A stretch of 64,000 bases of DNA from Clostridiales bacterium (GTDB lineage: Bacteria > Bacillota > Dehalobacteriia > UBA7702), in the NCBI GenBank assembly GCA_040776805.1, contig JAXGZS010000004.1:151215-215214 (forward strand). Reading direction: 5' to 3'. Positions 28,769-40,163 of this stretch are shown here, one piece after another (position 1 is the stretch's first letter; every line of letters begins with the position of its first letter). The notes under the pieces are model-generated. The model ran no database searches. It saw only the letters and a list, made by a program, of their open reading frames with translations, and had not been told where the DNA came from. A program made the position numbers and the translations under genes.

Positions 28769-29029
28769 GTGCTTGTCATTACCAGAAGAAATGATGAATC
28801 TGTCATGATTGGAGATCAAATCGAGATCATTGTATCCGAAATCAATTCGGATAAGGTTAAGTTATGCATCAAGGCCCCCAAAGAGATCCCCATTATGCGC
28901 AGAGAATTACTGGAGCTTTGCGGCTTGAATCAAGAAGCCAGCAATGTTCCCAGCAAACATAATCTTGATACGTTCAAAGCGTTGGCCAACGCCTTAAAAA
29001 AATCGCCCAAAAACAACGACGAACCATAA
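28769..29029 (+). CDS. csrA: carbon storage regulator CsrA (with a C-terminal extension)
   Basis: MLVITRRNDESVMIGDQIEIIV ... CIKAPKEIPIMRRE. Confidence 0.9.
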   Translation: MLVITRRNDESVMIGDQIEIIVSEINSDKVKLCIKAPKEIPIMRRELLELCGLNQEASNVPSKHNLDTFKALANALKKSPKNNDEP

Positions 29030-29080
29030 AAACAGCTTTCTACGACCAAATATTTCATCGTAGAAAGCTGTTTTTTATTT
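29028..29080. terminator. bidirectional rho-independent terminator (12-bp perfect stem)
   Basis: aaaa cagctttctacg ... cgtagaaagctg tttttt, between converging csrA and protease genes. Confidence 0.8.
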
Positions 29081-29163
29081 CGGCGCGATCCTCTGTGGGA
29101 AGGTAAATTCTCCGCAGCATCGTCCCTTTTTAACGCGGCGTTTATCCTTTATGCTCTTGGCAT

Positions 29164-31684
29164 TTAGCTTTTATTTTCTATCGTCATTATCAATCGATAG
29201 ATGATCGTAGCCACCTCTGCTCTGGTGGCATGATCTTGCGGGCAGAACTGTACGCTGGTCTTGCCGTTCACGATGCCGGCCCGCTGCATCAAGGTAACGC
29301 TTTCCTTGGCCCAGGACGAAATACGCTCATCATCGGCAAAGGCGATTTTATCATACTTCAGCGGTATTTGAATGGAATTCTTCTGTAAATAACGCTGGAG
29401 CATCGTTACAAGGGCTTCTCTCGTAATGGGCGCATTAGGAGAAAACTTATTGTTTCCGGTACCGTTGGTGATGCCCTCTGCCACCCCCCAAATCACTCCA
29501 TCAGTATACCAGACGTTGTCGGCAACATCACTAAATTGATTTCCGCTTTGCTCCACCGGAGATCCGCCGGCATAACGGTATAAAACGGTTACAAACATGG
29601 CCCGGGTCATTTGATCATTGGGGGCGAAGCGACGATCCCCCACACCAAAAAAAAGCTGCTGTTTGACGACGAAATTCACGCCCGGCGTATACCAGGCGTC
29701 CTCTTTTACGTCGTCAAAGACCATTAGCCAGCCGGCATAAAGCGTCGTATCCGCTTTGACAGCGGTATCGAAATCATATGGGTGATTCCACTCTTTATCA
29801 CTGTACCAGCCGGTAAACCCATAGCCGCTGCGCTGAGGAGCGGTGGGAGCTGTGACATTGCTTCCGTTGGCTACCACTCTGGTCGTTACCGAGCTGCCGC
29901 CGCAGGAGTCAAAATAGACGTTACAATATGAGGAAGCGACTTTCAACGCGTCTACACGGCCGTAACCATAAATGAAATCAAAGCCCGTATTACCGAGATC
30001 TACCGCCTTATTTAACAGTACTGTACGAATTTCCGCCGCGCTTAAAGATGGAAATCTGGATTTCACAAGGGCCGCCACCGCCGCCACATGGGGAGAGGCG
30101 GCGCTGGTACCGTAAAAGGGGCTGGAGAACCCTCCCGCACCGGTCACGGCAACCCCATCCACACCGCAAATATCGGGTTTTTCCCGTGTTCCCGAAATCA
30201 TCGTGACCGGGCCCCGGGAGGAGAAGTCTTCGATGGAATTGGGTGTCGCCACATTGATGGCGCCGCAAGCCAATACGCCGGGAACCGCGGGATGTCCAAA
30301 AATAGAATCCTGTGCCACCAGATTATCAGTTAAGGAATACGCGTTGCCATCATAGTAAAGATACACTTCCAAAATGTCTGCGCTGTTTCCCAAGGCGGCA
30401 TGAACATAAAAATCCGCCAGAATATCTTTGCCGGAAGAATTATCATAATAAATGATTTCCGTTGGAATACCCGTTGTTGTATTATGATCAACGGAACAGC
30501 CCAGCATAGCGCCGGTATGGTAATTTGTCAACGCGATATCATAATCACTGGTTACGTTTCCTATGGGATCGTTCCATTGCAAAATAACCGTTACCCCCGA
30601 GTTTGCCGGGATGACCATATATAAGTCTTCGTCATCCGAGGCGCCGTGACTAAAATCGTGAAAATCGTAAGCGCTGCGATAAAAATTCCCTTGATAATGA
30701 TTTTTACCGTAATTTCCGGCAGAAGAAACGAAGAGAACCTTTCCCTGATCGGAGATTTTTTTTACATGTTGCGCAACCACGCCGTCTTCAAAGAAGGGTT
30801 CGCTAATCCAACCGATATCATCACATATGATATCACAACCGGCTGCAACGAGATCGTCAATGCCGCGGTTAAAAGCGAGGACGTTCGTCCCGCAATCATG
30901 AAAATACAATTTTGCGCCCGGGGCGATATCATGGATAATCTCCAGCATTGCTGTGCCTTCGTCCCCGCTGCAAGTATTGCTCAAAACCGAAACAGAGCTG
31001 GGCAGATCACCTTTGGCGACTGCCGCTGAAAGATGATCAACACCGTCGGAAATCACCCCGATTTTCACGCCGGTTCCGTCCACACCATAGGTACTTCTCA
31101 TTTGGGCGGCTTTTAAGATACTGTCCCCGGCAGTAACCACAGATCCCGCGTTAACTTTGGGACGGACGACCTCCGTCACACTGCAAACCGCGTCAAGGGC
31201 GGCGACCGCTGCCAATTGATCCACAGCGACCCAGGCGGCCGCCAAACCGCTTGCTTCATCATAATCTTCCAGTGACAAGAGATAAGGCTCTAAGGCTTCC
31301 AGGTTATCCCCGCTACATAGCCTTATGTATACATAAACGCCGGTTTCCCTTGAAGCCGAAGCACCGTTGCTGATGGGCTTTTCGCTGATTTGCCCCTGCT
31401 CTTTCATTTCCTTCCATACATCGGACATTGTCTTGCCCTCGGGTAAATAAGCGTCATTCACAAGAGGCTGCAAGGTGCTGGACAATTTCGCCGCAGAAGA
31501 GTCGGCGTTCTTCCATTTCCTCTGCCATAAACGGCAAAAAGGTGCTCTCCTCCGCAGCTTTGACTGATGGTAATGACAAAGCGGAAAACTGATTGAGGGA
31601 GATTGCGGCGGACAATCCCGCCGGAAGCAACAACCAACCAAATGCAATCATTGTCATTCCCAAAAACCAAAACCATTGTTTCAT
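29164..31684 (-). CDS. SLH-anchored subtilisin-like serine protease (S8). The signal peptide (ORF 31454-31774) is out of frame with the body (ORF 29164-31647), so a frameshift lies within 31454-31647
   Basis: The body has the S8 catalytic regions (GVKIGVISDGVD; HGT...; SGTSAASPHVAAVAAL) and three C-terminal SLH repeats. A separate frame upstream encodes MKQWFWFLGMTMIAFGWLLLPAGLSAA with a GGGGGA Shine-Dalgarno. Confidence 0.6.
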
Positions 31685-32104
31685 GATGTATCCCCCGTTA
31701 GCCTGTAAATCATTGGCCTTTTGAAGAAGAATCGGCGCCGCCGAAATGGCTCTGTCATCAGCGCCGCAAAGCAATCAAAAACCGCTCTATTCCCCTGGTT
31801 CTGCCGGCCTTTTTAAATAATTGTTCGTACTCTCATCTTACGAAAGCATAACACAAAAAAACCCGCAAGTAAACATTTTTATCAGAAATCTGCCTCGCTC
31901 CCTTAGGCATCCCGGGACGATACGAACGACAAGCATCAAGACAATTTCAGACAGGATACCACCGTATTATCCAAGTTCACGGGTGCTTTAAACTTGGCAT
32001 AAAAGAATCCGCACGGCTACTTTCCGATTACCGTCTGCTGCAGACAGGGCAAAAGGAAACCGGTCAGCCCAAATCGAAAAAATGAATTTTTGTATTTTCC
32101 GTCC

Positions 32105-32184
32105 GGTTTTGCTTTATCAAAAAGGGAGGGCCGGTTTTCACCGGCCCGGAGGGCGGCAGAGGCCGGGGGATAGGATCCCGGCCT
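32105..32184 (-). terminator. tandem GC-rich hairpins plus a U-tract downstream of the giant surface-protein gene
   Basis: gaggccggg...cccggcctc, then gggccgg ttttca ccggccc followed on the minus strand by TCCCTTTTTG. Confidence 0.55.
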
Positions 32185-32212
32185 CTACCGGAGGGTAGAT
32201 GCTCTTTTAGGC

Positions 32213-35200
32213 TTAGTGAGGCCAAACGATGTTCGGCTTCAATGCCGTCCAGGTTTCGGTTCCGTCTTCGTTGCGTTCGTAATAGTGGCTGTTCGTCGCT
32301 TCCTGCATTGCCAGGTAATACCATTTCGTCGTATCCATGTTATCGGGCCAGACGATCATACCTAAGAGCAGCGCTTCCGGAGAAGCAGGAATACGATTCA
32401 ACACATTATTGATCAACGTAACCGCTTCAGCACGGGTGATGTAGAGATCGGGCCGGAACGAATGGTCTTCATAGCCTTTAACCCAACCGTTGTTGGCGGC
32501 AATATTGATTTCGTCTTCCGCCCAATGCCCTGCAATATCCGTAAAATCGGTGGGCGTTGTATCACCGCTGCCGTCAAACCTGGCGGCGATGGCGGCAAAT
32601 TCCGCTCTGGTGATGTATCCGTTGGGATGGAACGTATTATCCGGATAACCCTTTACAATATTCAGTGCACGCAGAGTCAGTACTGCTGTGCTGTACCAAG
32701 CTCCATCGGGGACATCGCTGAAAGAATTGGAGCTTGTAGAATAGGCATCGCTGGCTTTTTCTGTCAGCAAGCGGTAGAAGATCGTCGCAACCTCGGCACG
32801 GGTGATATTTCTTCCCGGTCCAACGTTCCCGTCCGGATAACCGATGATATACGCGAAGTGATCTTCATCGTTGAGTAAGGGGTTGATGGTAAAATCAGCG
32901 GGAATGACAGTAACATCGTAGTTGCTGTTTTCGGTGTAGCCCGCGGTGATGACTCCGGTGTAGGTACCGGCGTCTTCCGCCGAGTTCGTGCGGTAATAGA
33001 AAACAGTACCAAGATCACCTGCATTGACCAAACCGTCAATGGTACCGCCAAAGCTCGGATCGGCTTCGCCGACGAATTTATCGGCATCGTTTACGGTAAT
33101 CGTCACAGGTTTCATCGTTACAATCAAGGTGCCGCTGTTCACAGTAACATATGGGTACGTACCTTCCGTAGTGATATCATAATCAGCAAGGTTAACGGCG
33201 AAACCGACGTTGGTGATGCTGCCGGTAACGGTGACGGTGATTTCATCGCCGTTCGGTAAGAAGTATTTGCCTTCCCCGTCCGCCGTAACCGGCGCGCCGT
33301 CACAAGTAATGGTGAAACCATCGTCGCTGTGGGAAGCGCCGTCATAGGTCCAGCTGTTGCTGTTTGCCGTAATCACGATGATGTTATCGTTTTCGATGAT
33401 GATCGGCATGGAGATCGTGAAGTCACCGGGAACGATTGTAACATCGTAATTGGTGTTGGCGGTATAGTCGGCGGTCAGCACATCGTCATAGGTGCCGACG
33501 GCTTCGTCACTGTTGGTACGGGAATAGCTAACGGTGCCCAAATCATCACCGTTCACGAGGCCGTTCACGGTACCGCTGAAAGTAGGATCAGGATCACCCA
33601 CCGTTTTCCCTGCGTCATTTACGGTAATCGTAACCGCTTTTGCCGTCACGGTCAGGACACCGTCGGTGGCGGTAACGTCGCTGTAGTTTCCTTCATTTTC
33701 CAGGGTGTAAGCGACGCTGTTGGCCGCAGTACCGACGTCGGTGATGCTGCCGGTAACGGTGACGGTAATTTCATCACCGGTGGGTAAGAAGTATTTGCCG
33801 TCCCCGTCCGCCGTGACTGCCGCGCCGTCGTAGGTAACGGTGAAACCGTCGTCGCTGTGGGAAGCGCCGTCATAGATCCAGCTGTTGCTGTTTGCCGTAA
33901 TCACGATGGGGTTTTCATCGGCAGTGATCGTGAAGTCTCCGGGGACAACCGTTACATCGTAATTGGTGTTGGCGGTATAGTCGGCGGTCAGTACGTCGTC
34001 ATAGGTGCCGACGGCTTCGTCGCTGTTGGTGCGGGAATAGCTGACGGTGCCCAAATCATCACTGTTCACGAGACCGTCCACAGTACCGCTGAAGGCGGGA
34101 TCCGCCGTGCCGTACACTTTATCCGCGTCGTTTACGGTAATCGTAACTTCTTTTGCCGTCACGGTCAGGACACCGTCGGTGGCGGTAACGTCGCTGTAGT
34201 TTCCTTCATTTTCCAGGGTGTAAGCGACGCTGTTGGTCGCAGTACCGACGTCGGTGATGCTGCCGGTAACGGTGACGGTGATTTCATCACCGGTGGGTAA
34301 GAAGTATTTGCCGTCCCCGTCCGCCGTGACTGCCGCGCCGTCGTAGGTAACGGTGAAACCGTCGTCGCTGTGGGAAGCGCCGTCATAGATCCAGCTGTTG
34401 CTGTTTGCCGTAATCACGATGGGGTTTTCATCGGCAGTGATCGTGAAGTCTCCGGGGACAACCGTTACATCGTAATTGGTGTTGGCGGTATAGTCGGCGG
34501 TCAGTACGTCGTCATAGGTGCCGACGGCTTCGTCGCTGTTGGTGCGGGAATAGCTGACGGTGCCCAAATCATCACCGTTCACGAGGCCGTCCACGGTACC
34601 GCTGAAAGTAGGATCAGGATCACCCACCGTTTTCCCTGCGTCATTTACCGTAATCGTAACTTCTTTTGCCGTCACGGTCAGGACACCGTCGGTGGCGGTA
34701 ACGCCGCTGTAGTTTCCTTCATTTTCCAGGGTGTAAGCGACGCTGTTGGCCGCAGTACCGACGTCGGTGATGCTGCCGGTAACGGTGACGGTGATTTCAT
34801 CACCGGTGGGTAAGAAGTATTTGCCGTCCCCGTCCGCCGTGACTGCCGCGCCGTCGTAGGTAACGGTGAAACCGTCGTCGCTGTGGGAAGCGCCGTCATA
34901 GATCCAGCTGTTGCTGTTTGCCGTAATCACGATGGGGTTTTCATCGGCAGTGATCGTGAAGTCTCCGGGGACAACCGTTACATCGTAATTGGTGTTGGCG
35001 GTATAGTCGGCGGTCAGTACGTCGTCATAGGTGCCGACGGCTTCGTCGCTGTTGGTGCGGGAATAGCTGACGGTGCCCAAATCATCACCGTTCACGAGGC
35101 CGTCCACGGTACCGCTGAAGGCGGGATCCGCCGTGCCGTACACTTTATCCGCGTCGTTTACCGTAATCGTAACCGCTTTTGCCGTCACGGTCAGGACACC

Positions 35201-35701
35201 GTCGGTGGCGGTAACGTCGCTGTAGTTTCCTTCATTTTCCAGGGTGTAAGCGACGCTGTTGGTCGCAGTACCGACGTCGGTGATGCTGCCGGTAACGGTG
35301 ACGGTGATTTCATCACCGGTGGGTAAGAAGTATTTTCCGTCCCCGTCCGCCGTAACCGCCGCGCCGTCGTAGGTAACGGTGAAACCGTCGTCGCTGTGGG
35401 AAGCGCCGTCATAGATCCAGCTGTTGCTGTTTGCCGTAATCACGATGGGGTTTTCATCGGCAGTGATCGTGAAGTCTCCGGGGACAACCGTTACATCGTA
35501 ATTGGTGTTGGCGGTATAGTCGGCGGTCAGCACGTCGTCATAGGTGCCGACGGCTTCGTCGCTGTTGGTGCGGGAATAGCTGACGGTGCCCAAATCATCA
35601 CTGTTCACGAGGCCGTCCACGGTACCGCTGAAGGCGGGATCCGCTGTGCCGTACACTTTATCCGCGTCGTTTACGGTAATCGTAACTTCTTTTGCCGTCA
35701 C
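32213..35701 (-). CDS. C-terminal 1162-aa intact portion of the giant SLH-domain surface protein (5.5 copies of a 171-aa repeat plus three SLH repeats)
   Basis: The repeat unit TAKEVTITVNDADKVYGTADPAFSGTVDGLVNxDDLGTVSYSRTNSDEAVGTYDDVLTADYTANTNYDVTVVPGDFTIT... looks like an MBG-type adhesin-associated domain. The C-terminus carries NITRAEVATIFYRLL and ITRAEFAAIAARF SLH motifs. Confidence 0.75.
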   Translation of the reverse strand: MTAKEVTITVNDADKVYGTADPAFSGTVDGLVNSDDLGTVSYSRTNSDEAVGTYDDVLTADYTANTNYDVTVVPGDFTITADENPIVITANSNSWIYDGASHSDDGFTVTYDGAAVTADGDGKYFLPTGDEITVTVTGSITDVGTATNSVAYTLENEGNYSDVTATDGVLTVTAKAVTITVNDADKVYGTADPAFSGTVDGLVNGDDLGTVSYSRTNSDEAVGTYDDVLTADYTANTNYDVTVVPGDFTITADENPIVITANSNSWIYDGASHSDDGFTVTYDGAAVTADGDGKYFLPTGDEITVTVTGSITDVGTAANSVAYTLENEGNYSGVTATDGVLTVTAKEVTITVNDAGKTVGDPDPTFSGTVDGLVNGDDLGTVSYSRTNSDEAVGTYDDVLTADYTANTNYDVTVVPGDFTITADENPIVITANSNSWIYDGASHSDDGFTVTYDGAAVTADGDGKYFLPTGDEITVTVTGSITDVGTATNSVAYTLENEGNYSDVTATDGVLTVTAKEVTITVNDADKVYGTADPAFSGTVDGLVNSDDLGTVSYSRTNSDEAVGTYDDVLTADYTANTNYDVTVVPGDFTITADENPIVITANSNSWIYDGASHSDDGFTVTYDGAAVTADGDGKYFLPTGDEITVTVTGSITDVGTAANSVAYTLENEGNYSDVTATDGVLTVTAKAVTITVNDAGKTVGDPDPTFSGTVNGLVNGDDLGTVSYSRTNSDEAVGTYDDVLTADYTANTNYDVTIVPGDFTISMPIIIENDNIIVITANSNSWTYDGASHSDDGFTITCDGAPVTADGEGKYFLPNGDEITVTVTGSITNVGFAVNLADYDITTEGTYPYVTVNSGTLIVTMKPVTITVNDADKFVGEADPSFGGTIDGLVNAGDLGTVFYYRTNSAEDAGTYTGVITAGYTENSNYDVTVIPADFTINPLLNDEDHFAYIIGYPDGNVGPGRNITRAEVATIFYRLLTEKASDAYSTSSNSFSDVPDGAWYSTAVLTLRALNIVKGYPDNTFHPNGYITRAEFAAIAARFDGSGDTTPTDFTDIAGHWAEDEINIAANNGWVKGYEDHSFRPDLYITRAEAVTLINNVLNRIPASPEALLLGMIVWPDNMDTTKWYYLAMQEATNSHYYERNEDGTETWTALKPNIVWPH

Positions 35702-36725
35702 GGTCAGGACACCGTCGGTGGCGGTAACGTCGCTGTAGTTTCCTTCATTTTCCAGGGTGTAAGCGACGCTGTTCGCCGCAGTACCGACGTCGGTGATGCT
35801 GCCGGTAACGGTGACGGTGATTTCATCACGGTGGGTAAGAAGTATTTGCCGTCCCCGTCCGCCGTGACTGCCGCGCCGTCGTAGGTAACGGTGAAACCGT
35901 CGTCGCTGTGGGAAGCGCCGTCATAGATCCAGCTGTTGCTGTTTGCCGTAATCACGATGGGGTTTTCATCGGCAGTGATCGTGAAGTCTCCGGGACAACC
36001 GTTACATCGTAATTGGTGTTGGCGGTATAGTCGGCGGTCAGTACGTCGTCATAGGTGCCGACGGCTCTGTCGCTGTTGGTGCGGGAATAGCTGACGGTGC
36101 CCAAATCATCACTGTTCACGAGACCGTCCACAGTACCGCTGAAGGCGGGATCCGCCGTGCCGTACACTTTATCCGCGTCGTTTACGGTAATCGTAACTTC
36201 TTTTGCCGTCACGGTCAGGACACCGTCGGTGGCGGTAACGTCGCTGTAGTTTCCTTCATTTTCCAGGGTGTAAGCGACGCTGTTGGTCGCAGTACCGACG
36301 TCGGTGATGCTGCCGGTAACGGTGACGGTGATTTCATCACCGGTGGGTAAGAGTATTTGCCGTCCCCGTCCGCCGTGACTGCCGCGCCGTCGTAGGTAAC
36401 GGTGAAACCGTCGTCGCTGTGGGAAGCGCCGTCATAGATCCAGCTGTTGCTGTTTGCCGTAATCACGATGGGGTTTTCATCGGCAGTGATCGTGAAGTCT
36501 CCGGGACAACCGTTACATCGTAATTGGTGTTGGCGGTATAGTCGGCGGTCAGTACGTCGTCATAGGTGCCGACGGCTTCGTCGCTGTTGGTGCGGGAATA
36601 GCTGACGGTGCCCAAATCATCACCGTTCACGAGGCCGTCCACGGTACCGCTGAAGGCGGGATCCGCCGTGCCGTACACTTTATCCGCGTCGTTTACCGTA
36701 ATCGTAACCGCTTTTTTTTTGATAT
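32890..36725 (-). repeat. 513-bp tandem repeat array, about 7 near-identical units plus one degenerate unit, in coding sequence
   Basis: The periodicity shows in the ORF track (33652, 34165, 34678, 35191 and so on). Units are above 95% identical at the nucleotide level. Confidence 0.9.
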
Positions 36726-38129
36726 CAAGAGTCCCCGGCACATAGTTAATATTGATATGACTTGTAACGTCCGTGGTACCATTCTTCACCGTTGCAGTTC
36801 CCTGAAACGTGCCATCATAGCTGCTTACATCGGTGCCTTCCGCCGTATAAGTAATTCCCGTAACAGTGTAGCCTGCGGGTAAACCCTCGACATCATAGTC
36901 CGTCAAGCTTTGCTGGCTTCCGTTATAGATTAAGCTGGAACTGTCTCCGATAATCACAATGGATTTACTGTAAGTATATTTAACGTCAATGGTGGATGTC
37001 GTATCGGCGGCGGTAACGGTAAACGTCACGGTGCCGTCGGCAGCCACCTGATAATCTGTGATGCCGGTAACGGTAACACCCGTGTAAGACCAGGTGCCTT
37101 CCGGTACCGTAGGTCCTGTGGTTGCGGGAGTAAAGGTGTAATCACCTTCCGGTAATCCGCTCAAGGTCGTTGGTACTGACTGGGCGTAATCGTATTGATT
37201 GGCAATGTCTCCATAAGCATGAGTAACATCAATGCCGCCGGATACGGTATAAGGTGTTGAGCTAAGACCAAAACCGCCGTCACCCATGAATAATATAACG
37301 GAAAGCGTAATCACGGTAGCATGGTCCATCGGGGCTTTGATGACAATCCAATGTTGATCATTATGAGGAATGGTTGTCCCCGCGTTAAGCACACGGACAT
37401 CGTTTTCATAAATCTGTAAATTTTTCCCGGTTTCAATGTCATAAACATCTGCTTCAATGTTGCCGATGATCTCGGTACCGTTAACAAGGACAGATTTCAA
37501 ATTGAGATCATACACTTGTTTTGCGGCATCAAGCGCGATGTATGTACTGCCGTTATACTGCCAGATGTACATTGCCTCGTTCTTGCCGTTGGTAGAGTGA
37601 CCATCAAGTTCATAGACATTGGTCTCCGTCAAAAATATACCTTCACCGGGATCCATAATCACTTCAGCTTTTGCGGGTAAAGATGAGAAAGTAAGTAGTA
37701 ATGTCATCACCAAAAGAATCGCGAAACTCGATTTCTTCATTTTGCTCCCCTCCTTCGTTTTTTTCAGCAAAATGGTTTCTCTTTGTCCATTGGGAAACTT
37801 TGCGGTTCTTTCATTTTTGCTTTTGTCGCCGGCATCTTTCTTGCCTTGTTGTACCATTTCCCCCTCACCGTTTTTACAGTGTTTTATGGGTTTTCCTGCG
37901 TCCGGGAAAAGTGTCATCTTTTTGTGAAACAATCGGCCATTCCTTTCGATAGGCTTGCGGTAAAATGATGACCACCCCCTTTTTTACGATATGCAAAGTT
38001 TCTATTATTATCATCATAATAATTGATAATAACGTTTTGCGCATGGCCCATAGGGTATCAATCCTTAAAAAAAAACAAACCGGATAAAAAAGTATCACGG
38101 CTTGTAAAATATTATGATGTACCGGTCGT

Positions 38130-38747
38130 TTAATAGAGTGGGTTAATCCATCCGTTTGAAATCATATAGAAGGCCAGCTCAACGGAATCGTTAAACCCTG
38201 TTTTCTTTAACATGTTTGCCACATGACGCTTCACAGTCATCTCACTGATATAAAGCTCCTTGGCAATCTCTTTGCGGGATTTATGCTTACATAACAGCTG
38301 GAGAACTTCCATTTCTCTGTCCGTCAGCGGCACCTCGCCTTGGGGCATGGGTATCGTCCGCGGTTTAGGGAAATAGGTCTGGCCATTCATTACCTTTAGA
38401 ACGATCTCTTTGAAAAAATCCAGGCTCTTACTCTTATCAATAAACGCGTCGGCGCCAGCTTCTCTTGCGCGCCGGGCGTAGGAAATTTCATCGAATCCCG
38501 ACATCACGATTATTTTCAAAGCTGGAAAGCGCTGGCGCAAATGCTTCGTCGCATCCAGACCAGAAGCGTTGGCCTCCGTACAGATATCAAGAAGGACAAG
38601 CTCCGGATGTTGTTGCTGACAGAACGCCTCGGCATAAGAGGCATTGGGGATTTCTCCGACAACGGAGAAATCCGGCATTTCACTAAACATTTTTATAAAA
38701 GAATCCCGTACGATTTTATGGTCGTCTACAATTAATACTTTGATCAA
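38130..38747 (-). CDS. response regulator, NarL/LuxR family (REC plus HTH)
   Basis: MIKVLIVDDHKIVRDS ... C-terminal LuxR-type helix-turn-helix (EMEVLQLLCKHKSRKEIAKELYISEMTVKRHVANMLKK). Confidence 0.85.
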   Translation of the reverse strand: MIKVLIVDDHKIVRDSFIKMFSEMPDFSVVGEIPNASYAEAFCQQQHPELVLLDICTEANASGLDATKHLRQRFPALKIIVMSGFDEISYARRAREAGADAFIDKSKSLDFFKEIVLKVMNGQTYFPKPRTIPMPQGEVPLTDREMEVLQLLCKHKSRKEIAKELYISEMTVKRHVANMLKKTGFNDSVELAFYMISNGWINPLY

Positions 38748-40012
38748 ATCAATTCATCTCCCTTGGGAATTCGGGCTACGAGGGTGAAGTGAGGAGTCGT
38801 TGTTACGGTCAATTCGCCGCCGAGCAACTGAAGTTTTCGTCGCATTTCCGTAATACCGCCCCCTTCCGTAATTTCACCGGTAGAGGGAATACCGTTATCG
38901 GTAATAACCAGCTTGATATCGGTATTCGTATGCAGACATTGGACTTCGATTTCATTGGCAAAACCATGTTTTACGGCGTTATTGACCGCTTCCCGGATAA
39001 TATTCACAAGCAGTTTCGGATGGGAGCATTGACTCAACATGGCGGCGGGAAAACGAATCGTTACGCCGATGCTTTGAAATGCTTTGGCAAGAGCCTGCAG
39101 CTTTTCTACCGGTAAAATATCCTGGCCTTCCGCCCTGATTTCAGCGAACAAATCCATGGAAAATTGCGCCAATAAGTCCTCCTCCGGCAAACTGTTTTCT
39201 CTGAGGGCCCGCAACAATAAGGTAATCCGTTGACCCATCAGGTCGTGAATTTTTGTTTTGACCCGAATCAGCTCTTCATCACGGCGGATGGCAGCAAGAT
39301 CGTTCAGCGTAACCTTTAGTTTCTCACTGCTTTTTTGGAGCGCTTCGTTTTTTTCTTGCAATGCCTTCGTCAGCTGCCAGCGCTTTGTCACATCAATAGC
39401 GGTGATCTGAAAGTAGTCCTTGCCCTGGAGCATAACGGAGCTTTTATAAAACATCCAGGCAGTGCCATCAGGCAAACCGTAAACCATTTGATTTTCGATA
39501 AAGTTCGTTTCGATTCCCGGCAATACCTTTTCTTCTTTCAACAAATTGTGAAAATGTTCTCCGTCGCGCCAAATTTTGCCGGTCAATGATAACATCAAAT
39601 GTCTCATTTTATTGTTCAGGAGAATGATATTGTCATTTGTTTCACAGAAAAGCACGCCGGCGGGAAGCGCGTCAATGGCCTCTTTGATGGACCAAACGGA
39701 AATCGTTTCCCTTAACGCTTCATGACCTTTCCTTAAAAAATAAATTGATCGAGTCAAAAAGTAACCCAGGGAAACGGCATAAAAAACAGAAAAAAGAGGT
39801 GCGGGAAGCGTTTCCAAAATCGGCAGCGTCAACAAAGCCATAAAAGGAATCGGGAACACTCTTAGATTTTCCTGACGGAAACCAAGATAAACAGCGGTGA
39901 CGGTTAAAAGGGCAAAGACGACATAGCGGCAGACGGTGAGGGTAAAAGACGGTATATAGAAATCGCTTTGAACCTGCGGAATCAACAGAACGTCGATGAC
40001 GGTTTGTAGCAA
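38744..40012 (-). CDS. sensor histidine kinase, HisKA_3 (NarX/DegS-type) with an N-terminal membrane domain and a PAS-like region
   Basis: H-box KIHDLMGQRITLL, N-box REAVNNAVKHGFA and a G-rich ATP lid (GGGITEMRRKLQLLGGEL). About 4 transmembrane helices at the N-terminus. Confidence 0.8.
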   Translation of the reverse strand: MLQTVIDVLLIPQVQSDFYIPSFTLTVCRYVVFALLTVTAVYLGFRQENLRVFPIPFMALLTLPILETLPAPLFSVFYAVSLGYFLTRSIYFLRKGHEALRETISVWSIKEAIDALPAGVLFCETNDNIILLNNKMRHLMLSLTGKIWRDGEHFHNLLKEEKVLPGIETNFIENQMVYGLPDGTAWMFYKSSVMLQGKDYFQITAIDVTKRWQLTKALQEKNEALQKSSEKLKVTLNDLAAIRRDEELIRVKTKIHDLMGQRITLLLRALRENSLPEEDLLAQFSMDLFAEIRAEGQDILPVEKLQALAKAFQSIGVTIRFPAAMLSQCSHPKLLVNIIREAVNNAVKHGFANEIEVQCLHTNTDIKLVITDNGIPSTGEITEGGGITEMRRKLQLLGGELTVTTTPHFTLVARIPKGDELI

Positions 40013-40163
40013 GATGAGTAACTCAAGGACATTTCGCCGCAGCTTTGGATAACCTGTACGGCCGTACCATTGATATAACTGGAAGGAAGCGGTTTAAAAA
40101 ATCACGCAGAGAAAGGCCGCAAAAAATAAAATGGCCCGCAACGTTCCGGCATATGCATAAAGT

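Larger units (their letters stand above)
32213..37740 (-). pseudogene. giant (about 1840 aa if intact) secreted MBG-repeat/SLH surface protein, split into five ORFs by four single-base deletions in the two 5'-most repeat units
   Basis: The ATG at 37740 (GGAGGGG Shine-Dalgarno) gives signal peptide MKKSSFAILLVMTLLLTFSSLPAKA. Frame breaks sit at about 36490 (ccggg where other units have ccgggg), about 36352 (taagagtatt against taagaagtatt), about 35990 (ccggg) and about 35827 (catcacggtggg against catcaccggtggg). This could be a pseudogene, phase variation or a repeat-assembly error. Confidence 0.5.

Noticed and set aside
33329-35884. Series of 147-162-aa plus-strand ORFs and 73-aa minus-strand ORFs recurring every 513 bp
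   Set aside because: They are frame artefacts of the tandem repeat in the giant adhesin gene. They are periodic and lack start signals.
32890-36725. Possible CRISPR array because of the regular tandem repeats
   Set aside because: The period is 513 bp with no unique spacers. The repeats are an in-frame protein-coding module, and no cas genes are present.
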